Shown: positions 1-6,205 of the stretch, piece after piece
Layout: each line of letters opens with the position of its first letter
Position numbering within the stretch: position 1 is the stretch's first letter
NCBI GenBank assembly: GCA_027074515.1
Contig: JALTCQ010000111.1
Location: 1 to 21,018, forward strand
From: Candidatus Micrarchaeota archaeon
GTDB lineage: Archaea > Iainarchaeota > Iainarchaeia > JAADDC01
DNA length: 21,018 bases
Direction: 5' to 3'
Program-made: the position numbers and the translations under genes
Notes under the pieces: model-generated
What the model was told of the DNA's origin: nothing
What the model saw: only the letters and a program-made list of their open reading frames with translations
Database searches by the model: none

Positions 1-2
1 AG

Positions 3-326
3 GTTACTTACGTTACGTGCGCGTTCTGCGGTCGGAGAGTCCCAAGGGACAAGGCAGTGCCACTCTACAAGCGGCCATCCTGGCTCCCCCCGAACGTAGA
101 CGTCCAATACATGGGTCTGGCAACGGAGAAGATATACGTGTGCATATCCTGTGCAAAGCACCGCGGAATCTCCTTCGCGGACTGGCGCAAGAAGGTAAAC
201 CGGAGCGATCAGGCCCACCGAGAAAGGGCCCGTCGTGCTGCAATGGGTAAGAGGCACGTTCGCCACAGGCGCAGCCACAGAAGGACGGACAACGCGGAAC
301 AGGGCAGCGGCGAAAAGCAGCAGTAA
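3..326 (+). CDS. rps26e: Ribosomal protein eS26 (S26e), 5'-truncated by the window edge
   Basis: Extending the frame of ORF 57..326 back to position 3 gives VTYVTCAFCGRRVPRDKAVPLY...EKIYVCISCAKHRGI. This matches the two Cys pairs and the VPKDKA segment typical of eS26 (..VRCxNCxRCVPKDKAI...YCVSCAIHxKIV). The basic C-terminal tail ends at TAA 324-326. Confidence 0.7.
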   Translation, partial: VTYVTCAFCGRRVPRDKAVPLYKRPSWLPPNVDVQYMGLATEKIYVCISCAKHRGISFADWRKKVNRSDQAHRERARRAAMGKRHVRHRRSHRRTDNAEQGSGEKQQ

Positions 327-330
327 CCCA

Positions 331-346
331 TTCTTTCCTATTTCTA
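331..346 (+). terminator. T-rich tract downstream of eS26 (candidate archaeal terminator)
   Basis: ttctttcctatttcta lies directly after the stop codon, in a convergent intergenic gap. Confidence 0.3.
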
Positions 347-356
347 ATTGCTAACT

Positions 357-379
357 GCAAAGAAAAAATTGAAAGGAAA
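357..379 (-). terminator. T-rich tract downstream of aglB (candidate archaeal terminator)
   Basis: The minus strand reads tttcctttcaattttttcttt, including a T6 run, immediately after the aglB stop at 380-382. Confidence 0.35.
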
Positions 380-2851
380 TCACTGAATTTTGTAGACCAT
401 CACGCCGTGGTGCGGCGCCACCCACGCGAGCCGGAAGTGCTCCATGGGCACGTCAAGAAGCATCCTCACAATCATGCTGTTGTTCATCCCAGGAGCAAGA
501 AGGATGAGCGTTCCACCCTTCTGGGATTCAGAAAGCTTGTACACTGCGTACTCCCTGTTACCAATGCGTATACGCGTGGCCTCATTAAACTCGCGGTAAT
601 ACTGCGGCTCAAACGGCGGTATGTCAGCCCATTGCTTGGCACTAAGTGTGGCAAGTGTGCTGCCGTTCTGCAGGCATATATAGTATGGTTTCCCCGTCAC
701 TATGGATTTGCCCACGCGCTCACAGTAGATCTTCCCTGCAGCGTAGTTTGCCAGGCGGGGGTCACGAAGATCACTGGTCTGCAGGGCGTAAAGCGCCAGA
801 GAATAACCCTGCCAGAGGAACTCCGGCTGGAAGATCACGTAGTTCATGTGGCGTTTGGAGGCAATAGCGTAGGCTGCGTTCTCGTCAGGGGCGAGGAAGA
901 ATTGCGCTGCCTCCACGTCTGCTTGGTAGTAGTAGTTCGTGTTATCTGTCATAACGCCACGGCCTGTGAAGAACGTGAGCCAGTGGCCTATACTCCACCA
1001 ATCGAGGAGATTCGCATCCTTTGGAGTGTTGGCGTCAATCCACTTGAACATGTCGATATAATCCTGCCCAGACGCTGCTGAGAATAGCGGTAGCCCCTTT
1101 GGTGCAAGGTTCATTTCCTGCGCCTCTGCAGACGTTAGGAGCATTGGAATCCGCGTGGCAGTGTGGTACACGGCCGTGGAAATCATTGAAATGGAAACGA
1201 GGGCAATAACTGCCATGATTGCTGCTCTCGCAGGCTTGGAAGACCCCCGCGTATAAAGATCGGCAAGAACAACCGCGCTAGCAATCGCTATGGGCAAACC
1301 TAGGTAGTAACAGAATTTTAACTGGTACCACGCGGCCCACCACGTTAGTGCAAGCCAGGCGAGCAAGAACAGAAAGTACCTATTCTTCTCGGAGCGGTAG
1401 AACATGAAAGGAATAGATGTTAGAACAATGAGGGCAAGTATCCCATACTTCGCGGGCCAGTTCGCGAAACCATACGTCTCCTCCCCAATAATTGCCGAGC
1501 CAATACCGTCCGTCTTCGGTTCGATGAAGCCCATATGTGGTTTGAGAACCGCGCTGTGTACGCCAACACCCTTACTCATCTCAGGGAAGAAGTTCCACTG
1601 AATGGTGTTGATAACGGGCTGGTACCAATTGTTTCCGTTTATTGGGCCTGAAAGCACGGCAAACAATAGAGGGACGTATATCACGCCAAGAAGCTTCCAA
1701 TCGATAATTCCACGCATGTCTTTACGCTTCTCAAAGAGGATTGTTGCTAATCCTCCCGCAAGGCCAGAGACCAGTATCATCAGGAGGGATCCGAGGAATA
1801 ACATGGAGAAGCTCGTGCTTTGGAACCCAATGCGGCGGGCAACTCCGTTAGAGTCCGTTATCTCCGTAATAAACCCGTTGTTCGCCGGGCCCATGTATGT
1901 GAGGATTGCGAAGACGACTGCACCCAGTGTCACGTATATGTATTTCCTCTCGTCCGTGTGGAGCCAAAGGATCGCCGCAGCAGTGGCCACACCGAAGAAA
2001 AATATCGCTATGTATGGCGTGGCAAGCGTGAAGATCGTAGTAGGAGTGAGCGCACCAGTAAGCGCGAGTGCATCTGCGGCCTCGGAGTACGCCAGCGTCT
2101 TTACGAATATGCCGGCGATAACGGCGAAGACACCGCCAAGGCCGATAACGGCCCAGTCCCACCATGAAACGTGATCAGGAACGTACCTGCGAATGTAGTC
2201 CAGAATAACGTATGCAAGGTAGAGTACAGTGAATACGAAGACTGTGTACGGAACGATGAAGAACCCGTCCCACGAGATCGCCTGGATAAGAAGCGTAATG
2301 CCAGCGAGAATCGTGTAGATCCAATACCACTTTCTATCCTTGCTGCGGTAGGCAAGATACGCAAAGATAAACGCAAGAGGTATGAAGAAAGAGGTCGCGT
2401 CATCTTCATAGAAGCCGGATAGCGTACGGTAGATGTATCCTGGGTTCGTGGCGGCGAAGAAGCCCGTAAGCAGCCCAAGCAAGGGCCCGCCGAGCACGTA
2501 GCCAAAGATCCCCATAATTAGAGATCCTGTCGCGCCGAAGCTAGCCGGGAGCCACTTAAACACCATCAGCATGTTCTGCTGGATGTAATGCGCGCCATAA
2601 ACGAGATGGTATACCCACGCAGGGAAATCCATGGATAGCTCCCAATCAATGGGGACTGGAGGGAAGCCACGGAACGCAACCGGATCGTATTTTGGCAGAT
2701 GCCCCATCTGGACAATGTACGATGCCATCCTTGCGAACCAATAAGAGTCAAAGCCAAAGATGTACGTATACTTCTCGAGATAGATGCGCGTTGCAAGCCC
2801 GAGAATGAATATCATTGTAAGCCCAAGAACCAAGCGCTCCCAGCTCTTCAT
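380..2851 (-). CDS. aglB: Oligosaccharyltransferase AglB (STT3 family), polytopic membrane protein, 823 aa
   Basis: The N-terminal two thirds contain many TM helices. STT3-like motifs appear in the expected order: FGFDSYWFAR (first acidic loop), GFYEDDATSFF, SWDGFF, then DWWSIGHWLTFFTGRGVMTDNTNYY aligning to WWDYGYxIxxxxxRxxxxDNNTW. A soluble C-terminal domain follows. Confidence 0.8.
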   Translation of the reverse strand: MKSWERLVLGLTMIFILGLATRIYLEKYTYIFGFDSYWFARMASYIVQMGHLPKYDPVAFRGFPPVPIDWELSMDFPAWVYHLVYGAHYIQQNMLMVFKWLPASFGATGSLIMGIFGYVLGGPLLGLLTGFFAATNPGYIYRTLSGFYEDDATSFFIPLAFIFAYLAYRSKDRKWYWIYTILAGITLLIQAISWDGFFIVPYTVFVFTVLYLAYVILDYIRRYVPDHVSWWDWAVIGLGGVFAVIAGIFVKTLAYSEAADALALTGALTPTTIFTLATPYIAIFFFGVATAAAILWLHTDERKYIYVTLGAVVFAILTYMGPANNGFITEITDSNGVARRIGFQSTSFSMLFLGSLLMILVSGLAGGLATILFEKRKDMRGIIDWKLLGVIYVPLLFAVLSGPINGNNWYQPVINTIQWNFFPEMSKGVGVHSAVLKPHMGFIEPKTDGIGSAIIGEETYGFANWPAKYGILALIVLTSIPFMFYRSEKNRYFLFLLAWLALTWWAAWYQLKFCYYLGLPIAIASAVVLADLYTRGSSKPARAAIMAVIALVSISMISTAVYHTATRIPMLLTSAEAQEMNLAPKGLPLFSAASGQDYIDMFKWIDANTPKDANLLDWWSIGHWLTFFTGRGVMTDNTNYYYQADVEAAQFFLAPDENAAYAIASKRHMNYVIFQPEFLWQGYSLALYALQTSDLRDPRLANYAAGKIYCERVGKSIVTGKPYYICLQNGSTLATLSAKQWADIPPFEPQYYREFNEATRIRIGNREYAVYKLSESQKGGTLILLAPGMNNSMIVRMLLDVPMEHFRLAWVAPHHGVMVYKIQ

Positions 2852-2872
2852 GGTATCATCGGGCCAGGAAGT

Positions 2873-2880
2873 GTTTTAAA
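2873..2880 (-). promoter_or_regulatory. TATA-like box for aglB (leaderless spacing)
   Basis: The minus strand reads ctttaaaa, centred about 26 nt upstream of the aglB ATG (2851-2849). Confidence 0.45.
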
Positions 2881-2968
2881 GTTCTGTATGAATATTGGTA
2901 TGTTCCTTGATCGGAGGCGCTGCGCACTGGCTATGCCAGGCGCACTGGGACGGGGTCCCAGCTGACGC

Positions 2969-2998
2969 GGGTCTGGTCTTCCGACCAGACACACAATG
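2969..2998 (+). repeat. 30-nt hairpin unit, copy A (upstream of tRNA-Leu CAG)
   Basis: Sequence gg GTCTGGTC ttcc GACCAGAC acacaatg: perfect 8-bp stem, 4-nt loop, conserved 3' tail cacaatg. Confidence 0.85.
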
Positions 2999-3003
2999 GT
3001 GGC

Positions 3004-3009
3004 ATAATT
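3004..3009 (+). promoter_or_regulatory. Possible TATA element for tRNA-Leu(CAG)
   Basis: ataatt is the only A/T-rich patch in the GC-rich leader and lies about 50 nt before tRNA position 1. It is identical in the second locus. If it is the promoter, the transcribed leader would be about 25 nt. Confidence 0.25.
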
Positions 3010-3056
3010 GGGGATCGTAGATCCCCAGTTAGCTCCGCGTCAACCGAGGATCGGTT

Positions 3057-3140
3057 GCGGGGGTGCCCGAGTGGCCAAAGGGGCCGGATTCAGGGTCCGG
3101 TGGCTTAGTGCCTTCCTGGGTTCGAATCCCAGCCCCCGCA
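3057..3140 (+). tRNA. tRNA-Leu (anticodon CAG), type II with long variable arm, no intron, CCA not encoded
   Basis: Manual cloverleaf: acceptor GCGGGGG/CCCCCGC + A73; D arm with GAGTGGCCAAAG loop; anticodon stem CCGGA/TCCGG with loop TT-CAG-GG; variable arm TGGCTTAGTGCCTTC; T arm CTGGG-TTCGAAT-CCCAG. Confidence 0.95.
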
Positions 3141-3167
3141 TCAGCCGATACGCGGCTGGCGAGCCGC

Positions 3168-3197
3168 GGGTCTGGTCTTCCGACCAGACGCACAATG
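3168..3197 (+). repeat. 30-nt hairpin unit, copy B (downstream of tRNA-Leu CAG)
   Basis: Sequence gg GTCTGGTC ttcc GACCAGAC gcacaatg, in direct repeat with copy A 199 nt upstream. The preceding cgc is also shared (cgcgggtctgg). Confidence 0.85.
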
Positions 3198-3243
3198 TGC
3201 TGCCATGCGCAGCACGCAGGGGTACAGGGGGCGCAGCCCCTTT

Positions 3244-3300
3244 GCCGATACGCGGCTGGCGATCCGCGAGGCCGGTTGCAAGCAACCGACCACACGAAGG
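3244..3300 (+). repeat. Diverged third trailer module (locus 1 only)
   Basis: gccgatacgcggctggcga at 3244-3262 repeats 3144-3162 exactly, 100 nt downstream. It is followed by a different hairpin (CGGTTG caag CAACCG) and a cgaccacacgaagg tail resembling cgaccagacgcacaatg. Confidence 0.5.
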
Positions 3301-3451
3301 GCCGTTGTATGTGGTCCGCAGGGGCGCTATTCGCCCACAGCTTCGTTATGTTCTACGACCTGCTGAGCGAAGCGAACGCAGGGCAAGCGCGGCCAGAGTA
3401 GCTGGCCATCTCGGCCCTGCACTACTTTTCCTGTGTTTCATGCAAGATTCC

Positions 3452-3459
3452 TTTTAAAT
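3452..3459 (+). promoter_or_regulatory. TATA-like box upstream of trpS
   Basis: ttttaaat lies about 40 nt before the GTG start at 3499. A GGTGAGG Shine-Dalgarno-like motif sits at 3482-3488. Confidence 0.4.
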
Positions 3460-3498
3460 CCACTTATCCCCTCCTTCTTGCGGTGAGGCAGATGGCAG

Positions 3499-4653
3499 GT
3501 GAAGGTCTTTGGCGATGATTTCGTTGTGACGCCCTGGGAAGTTGAGGGCGAGATCGATTACAACAAGCTTCTGGAGTACTTCGGTGTGGATAGAATCACA
3601 GGCGAGATGATCGAAGAGGTTAGGCGTCTTGTGGGGGACGTGCACCCATTCCTGCGCCGCCAGATCTTCTACGCGCACAGGGATTTTGACAAGGCCTTGA
3701 AGGAGTACGCTTCTGGCCAGAAGTTCTTCCTCTACACGGGCATTGCCCCGTCCAAGGGCCCCATGCACTTTGGACACTTAGTTCCCTTCCTCTTCACGCG
3801 GTGGATGCAGAAGGCCTTTGACGTAAACCTCTACATCATGGTCCCGGATGAAGAGAAGTACCTCGCCAAAAAGGTGGACTCGCTCAAGGACGTGGACGAA
3901 CGCGTCCGAGCGGTGGAGAGAATCATCGCGTCCCTGGGCTTTGACCCGGACAAGACCTTCCTCTTCAGGGACAGGGAGTACATCAAGCATCTCTATGACG
4001 CAGCAGTGGTGGTTGCCCGGAGGATAAACTACTCCGTTGCTAAGGCGGTTTTCGGCTTTGGAAGCGACACGAGTATCGGGCTTGTCTTCTACCCGGCGCT
4101 CCAGATCGTCCCGACGCTCTTTGAGAAGAACCGACCGGTAATACCGTGCGCCATCGACCAGGACCCCTACTGGAGGATACAGAGGGACATCGCGGAGAAG
4201 ATCGGCCATAAGAAGACCTCTACCGTTCTCTCCAAGTTCATGCCGGGGCTGGACGGCCCAACAGGGAAGATGAGCGCCAGCAAGCCTGAATCCACGATCT
4301 TCGTAACGGACGACGAGAAAACGGTCAAGAAGAAGATCATGAACGCCTTTACCGGTGGTCAGCCCACGGTCAAGGAGCAGAGGGAGAAGGGAGGAAATCC
4401 AGAGATCTGTTCCGTCTACAAGTGGCACACCCTGTTCACAGAGGACGACAAGGAGCTCGCAGAGATCTACCACGACTGCAAGGCAGGCAAGCTCATGTGT
4501 GGCGAGTGCAAGCTGCGCCTGTTGAAGAAAGTCCAGGGCGTTCTGGACGAGATCCACGAGAAAGAGAAGCACGCGGAGAAGAACTTGGAAAAGATAAAGT
4601 ACGATGGAAAGCTAGCGTCCCAGATGTGGGAGTGGGAGTTCGAGTACGAGTAA
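3499..4653 (+). CDS. trpS: Tryptophanyl-tRNA synthetase, archaeal/eukaryotic type, 384 aa (GTG start)
   Basis: VTPWEVEGEIDYNKLLEYFG N-terminal signature; YTGIAPSKGPMHFGHLVPFLFTRWMQKAFDVNLYIMVPDEEKYL (HIGH region closely resembling eukaryotic/archaeal TrpRS); KMSASKP (KMSKS). Confidence 0.9.
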   Translation: MKVFGDDFVVTPWEVEGEIDYNKLLEYFGVDRITGEMIEEVRRLVGDVHPFLRRQIFYAHRDFDKALKEYASGQKFFLYTGIAPSKGPMHFGHLVPFLFTRWMQKAFDVNLYIMVPDEEKYLAKKVDSLKDVDERVRAVERIIASLGFDPDKTFLFRDREYIKHLYDAAVVVARRINYSVAKAVFGFGSDTSIGLVFYPALQIVPTLFEKNRPVIPCAIDQDPYWRIQRDIAEKIGHKKTSTVLSKFMPGLDGPTGKMSASKPESTIFVTDDEKTVKKKIMNAFTGGQPTVKEQREKGGNPEICSVYKWHTLFTEDDKELAEIYHDCKAGKLMCGECKLRLLKKVQGVLDEIHEKEKHAEKNLEKIKYDGKLASQMWEWEFEYE

Positions 4654-4660
4654 CTCCCTT

Positions 4661-4670
4661 CAATATTTTT
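4661..4670 (+). terminator. T-run after trpS (candidate terminator)
   Basis: caatattttt begins 8 nt after the TAA stop. Confidence 0.3.
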
Positions 4671-4726
4671 ACACCCATTGGTTCTGGAACGTTTTGGTGA
4701 GCGAGGTGCTGGTGATGCCGTCCCAA

Positions 4727-4734
4727 TTTTAAAC
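4727..4734 (+). promoter_or_regulatory. TATA-like box for pheS-pheT (leaderless spacing)
   Basis: ttttaaac is centred about 26 nt upstream of ATG 4756. Confidence 0.5.
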
Positions 4735-4755
4735 ATTCGGAAGGAATTGGAAAAT

Positions 4756-6204
4756 ATGGAATCAGAGCGGATTGCTCGCTCTCTTTCAGAGCTGGAACGG
4801 AAGGTTATCAAACACGTGGATTCTAAGAAACCGGTTGCAGAAATAGCCAGAGCAGCAGGGCTTTCTGAAGTAGAGGCCATGCGTGGCCTGCAATATCTCT
4901 CCAACAAGGGCGTTGTCCGCCTCGTGCGCGAGGAGAAGGAACGTATTGTCCACACGGAGAAGGGAAGAGAGTACGTGGGTAAAGAACTGCCAGAGAGACG
5001 AATCCTGAATGCCCTGAAAGATGGATCGAAGAAGATTGACGAGCTTCCCGTGACGAAGGAGGAGTTCTCTGGCGTCATAGGTATTCTGAAGAAGGCGGGG
5101 CTTGTTCGCTTCGAAAAGGGTGTTCTCGCAATCACTGAGAAGGGAAAGTCCTTTATCTTCCCGTGGGAGAACTGTTATGATCGTCTGGACTGCCTAAATG
5201 ATGAAACGTACAAAATACTCAACCGTCGCGGTCTTGTTACCAAGGAGAAAAGCGTTGTTTGGTACGCTGAGCCCACGGAGCTCTGGGAGGATGTTTTGCC
5301 ACACGTGCGCGAGGATCTGATCGACAAGATCACCCCAGAGATCCTTCGGAGCGGTTCTTGGAAGGATAAGGAGTTCAGGCACTACGACGTGGTGTCACCC
5401 ATTCCCAAGAATTATTACGGGAAAAGACAGCCGTATTACGAGTTCCTCCGAAGGGTAAAGGACAGATTGTACGCCCTTGGTTTCCAGGAGGAGGAACCGG
5501 GCGAAATAGTCCTTCCGATGTTCTGGAACTCCAACGCCCTCTTCATGCCGCAGGACCACCCTGCAGCGGATATTCACGACATATACTTCGTTGCTGCGCC
5601 AAAGAAATATGGCTCAATTCCCGAAGAGCTAGTGGAAAAGGTGCGCAAGATCCACGAGCGTTCCTGGGGCTACAAGTGGTCCGACGAGAAGGCAAAGCGA
5701 CTTGTGCTTCGATCGCATGCCACAGCACTCTCTGCGTTCCTCCTGGCGAGCAAGCCGAAGATCCCTGGCAAGTACTTCACGATTTCAAGGGTGTTCCGCC
5801 CAGATGAGTTTGATTACAAGCACCTACTCGAGTTCAACCAGCTGGACGGCGTGGTCCTGTCAGAAGACATCACGTTCCGCGATCTTTTGGGGCTATTAAA
5901 GGATTTTGCCCGCGAGTTCGCAGGGACGGATAAAGTAAAGTTCAAGGCAGGCTACTTCCCCTTCACCGAGCCATCCGTGGAGCTCTTCGTCAAGCACCCG
6001 GAGAAGGGGTGGATAGAGATTGGCGGTGCAGGCATGTTCAGGGAAGAGCTCCTAGAACCCTTCGAAATAAACGTGCCCGTCATCGCCTGGGGCTTGGGGA
6101 TAGGAAGATTCGCCATGATGGAGTTAGGCATCCAGGATATCCGTGAGTTCTACTCCAAGCGGCTCGGCTATCTAAGGAGTGCCAAGAAGATCTGGAGGGT
6201 ATGA
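4756..6204 (+). CDS. pheS: Phenylalanyl-tRNA synthetase alpha subunit (archaeal type), 482 aa
   Basis: N-terminal winged-helix-like repeats, then a class II core with FRPDEFDYKHLLEFNQLDGVV (motif 2) and GAGMFREELL...AWGLGIGRFAM (motif 3). I chose ATG 4756 rather than the TTG at 4678 because of the TATA spacing and the MESERIARSLSELERKV start. Confidence 0.9.
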   Translation: MESERIARSLSELERKVIKHVDSKKPVAEIARAAGLSEVEAMRGLQYLSNKGVVRLVREEKERIVHTEKGREYVGKELPERRILNALKDGSKKIDELPVTKEEFSGVIGILKKAGLVRFEKGVLAITEKGKSFIFPWENCYDRLDCLNDETYKILNRRGLVTKEKSVVWYAEPTELWEDVLPHVREDLIDKITPEILRSGSWKDKEFRHYDVVSPIPKNYYGKRQPYYEFLRRVKDRLYALGFQEEEPGEIVLPMFWNSNALFMPQDHPAADIHDIYFVAAPKKYGSIPEELVEKVRKIHERSWGYKWSDEKAKRLVLRSHATALSAFLLASKPKIPGKYFTISRVFRPDEFDYKHLLEFNQLDGVVLSEDITFRDLLGLLKDFAREFAGTDKVKFKAGYFPFTEPSVELFVKHPEKGWIEIGGAGMFREELLEPFEINVPVIAWGLGIGRFAMMELGIQDIREFYSKRLGYLRSAKKIWRV

Positions 6205-6205
6205 C

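Larger units (their letters stand above)
2961..3222. repeat. 262-bp repeat copy 1: conserved leader + tRNA-Leu + conserved trailer. Inverted partner at 16966..17227
   Basis: Hand alignment to the reverse complement of 16966..17227 shows 4 mismatches in the 96-nt leader, 8 in the 84-nt tRNA and 2 in the 82-nt trailer. Similarity stops abruptly on both sides. Confidence 0.9.

Noticed and set aside
2969-3197. The hairpin repeats as a possible CRISPR array.
   Set aside because: There are only two copies per locus, spaced 199 nt apart with a tRNA between them. There is no regular repeat-spacer periodicity and there are no cas genes.
3141-3222. The conserved tRNA trailer as a possible C/D box or H/ACA guide sRNA, since tRNA-sRNA dicistrons are known in some archaea.
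   Set aside because: I found no RUGAUGA C box or properly spaced CUGA D box. The 8-bp hairpin has no internal pseudouridylation pocket or K-turn-like bulge, despite the nearby ACA/CACAA string. I therefore left it unclassified rather than assigning it to a known guide-RNA family.
3008-3457. The 149-aa ORF (MGIVDPQLAPRQPRIGCGG...) and its near-twin at 16869..17180 (103 aa) share about 70 aa and look like a duplicated small protein.
   Set aside because: Both read straight through the tRNA-Leu genes and the hairpin repeats. Their similarity is simply the nucleotide repeat translated. Composition is Arg/Pro/Gly/Ala-rich, as expected from GC-rich non-coding sequence, and the two diverge and terminate differently exactly where the repeat ends. 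The same applies to ORFs 3029..3295, 3040..3285, 3063..3401 and 16948..17148.
4678-4755. The upstream TTG-initiated extension of pheS (MVLERFGERGAGDAVPILNIRKELEN).
   Set aside because: The extension contains the TATA-like box (4727-4734) that fits leaderless initiation at ATG 4756. The extension has no homology-like features.
6179-6205. An upstream start for pheT (MPRRSGGYD...).
   Set aside because: This stretch lies within the 3' end of pheS in another frame. ATG 6206 follows a GGAGGG motif and gives the conserved MPKYDV N-terminus.
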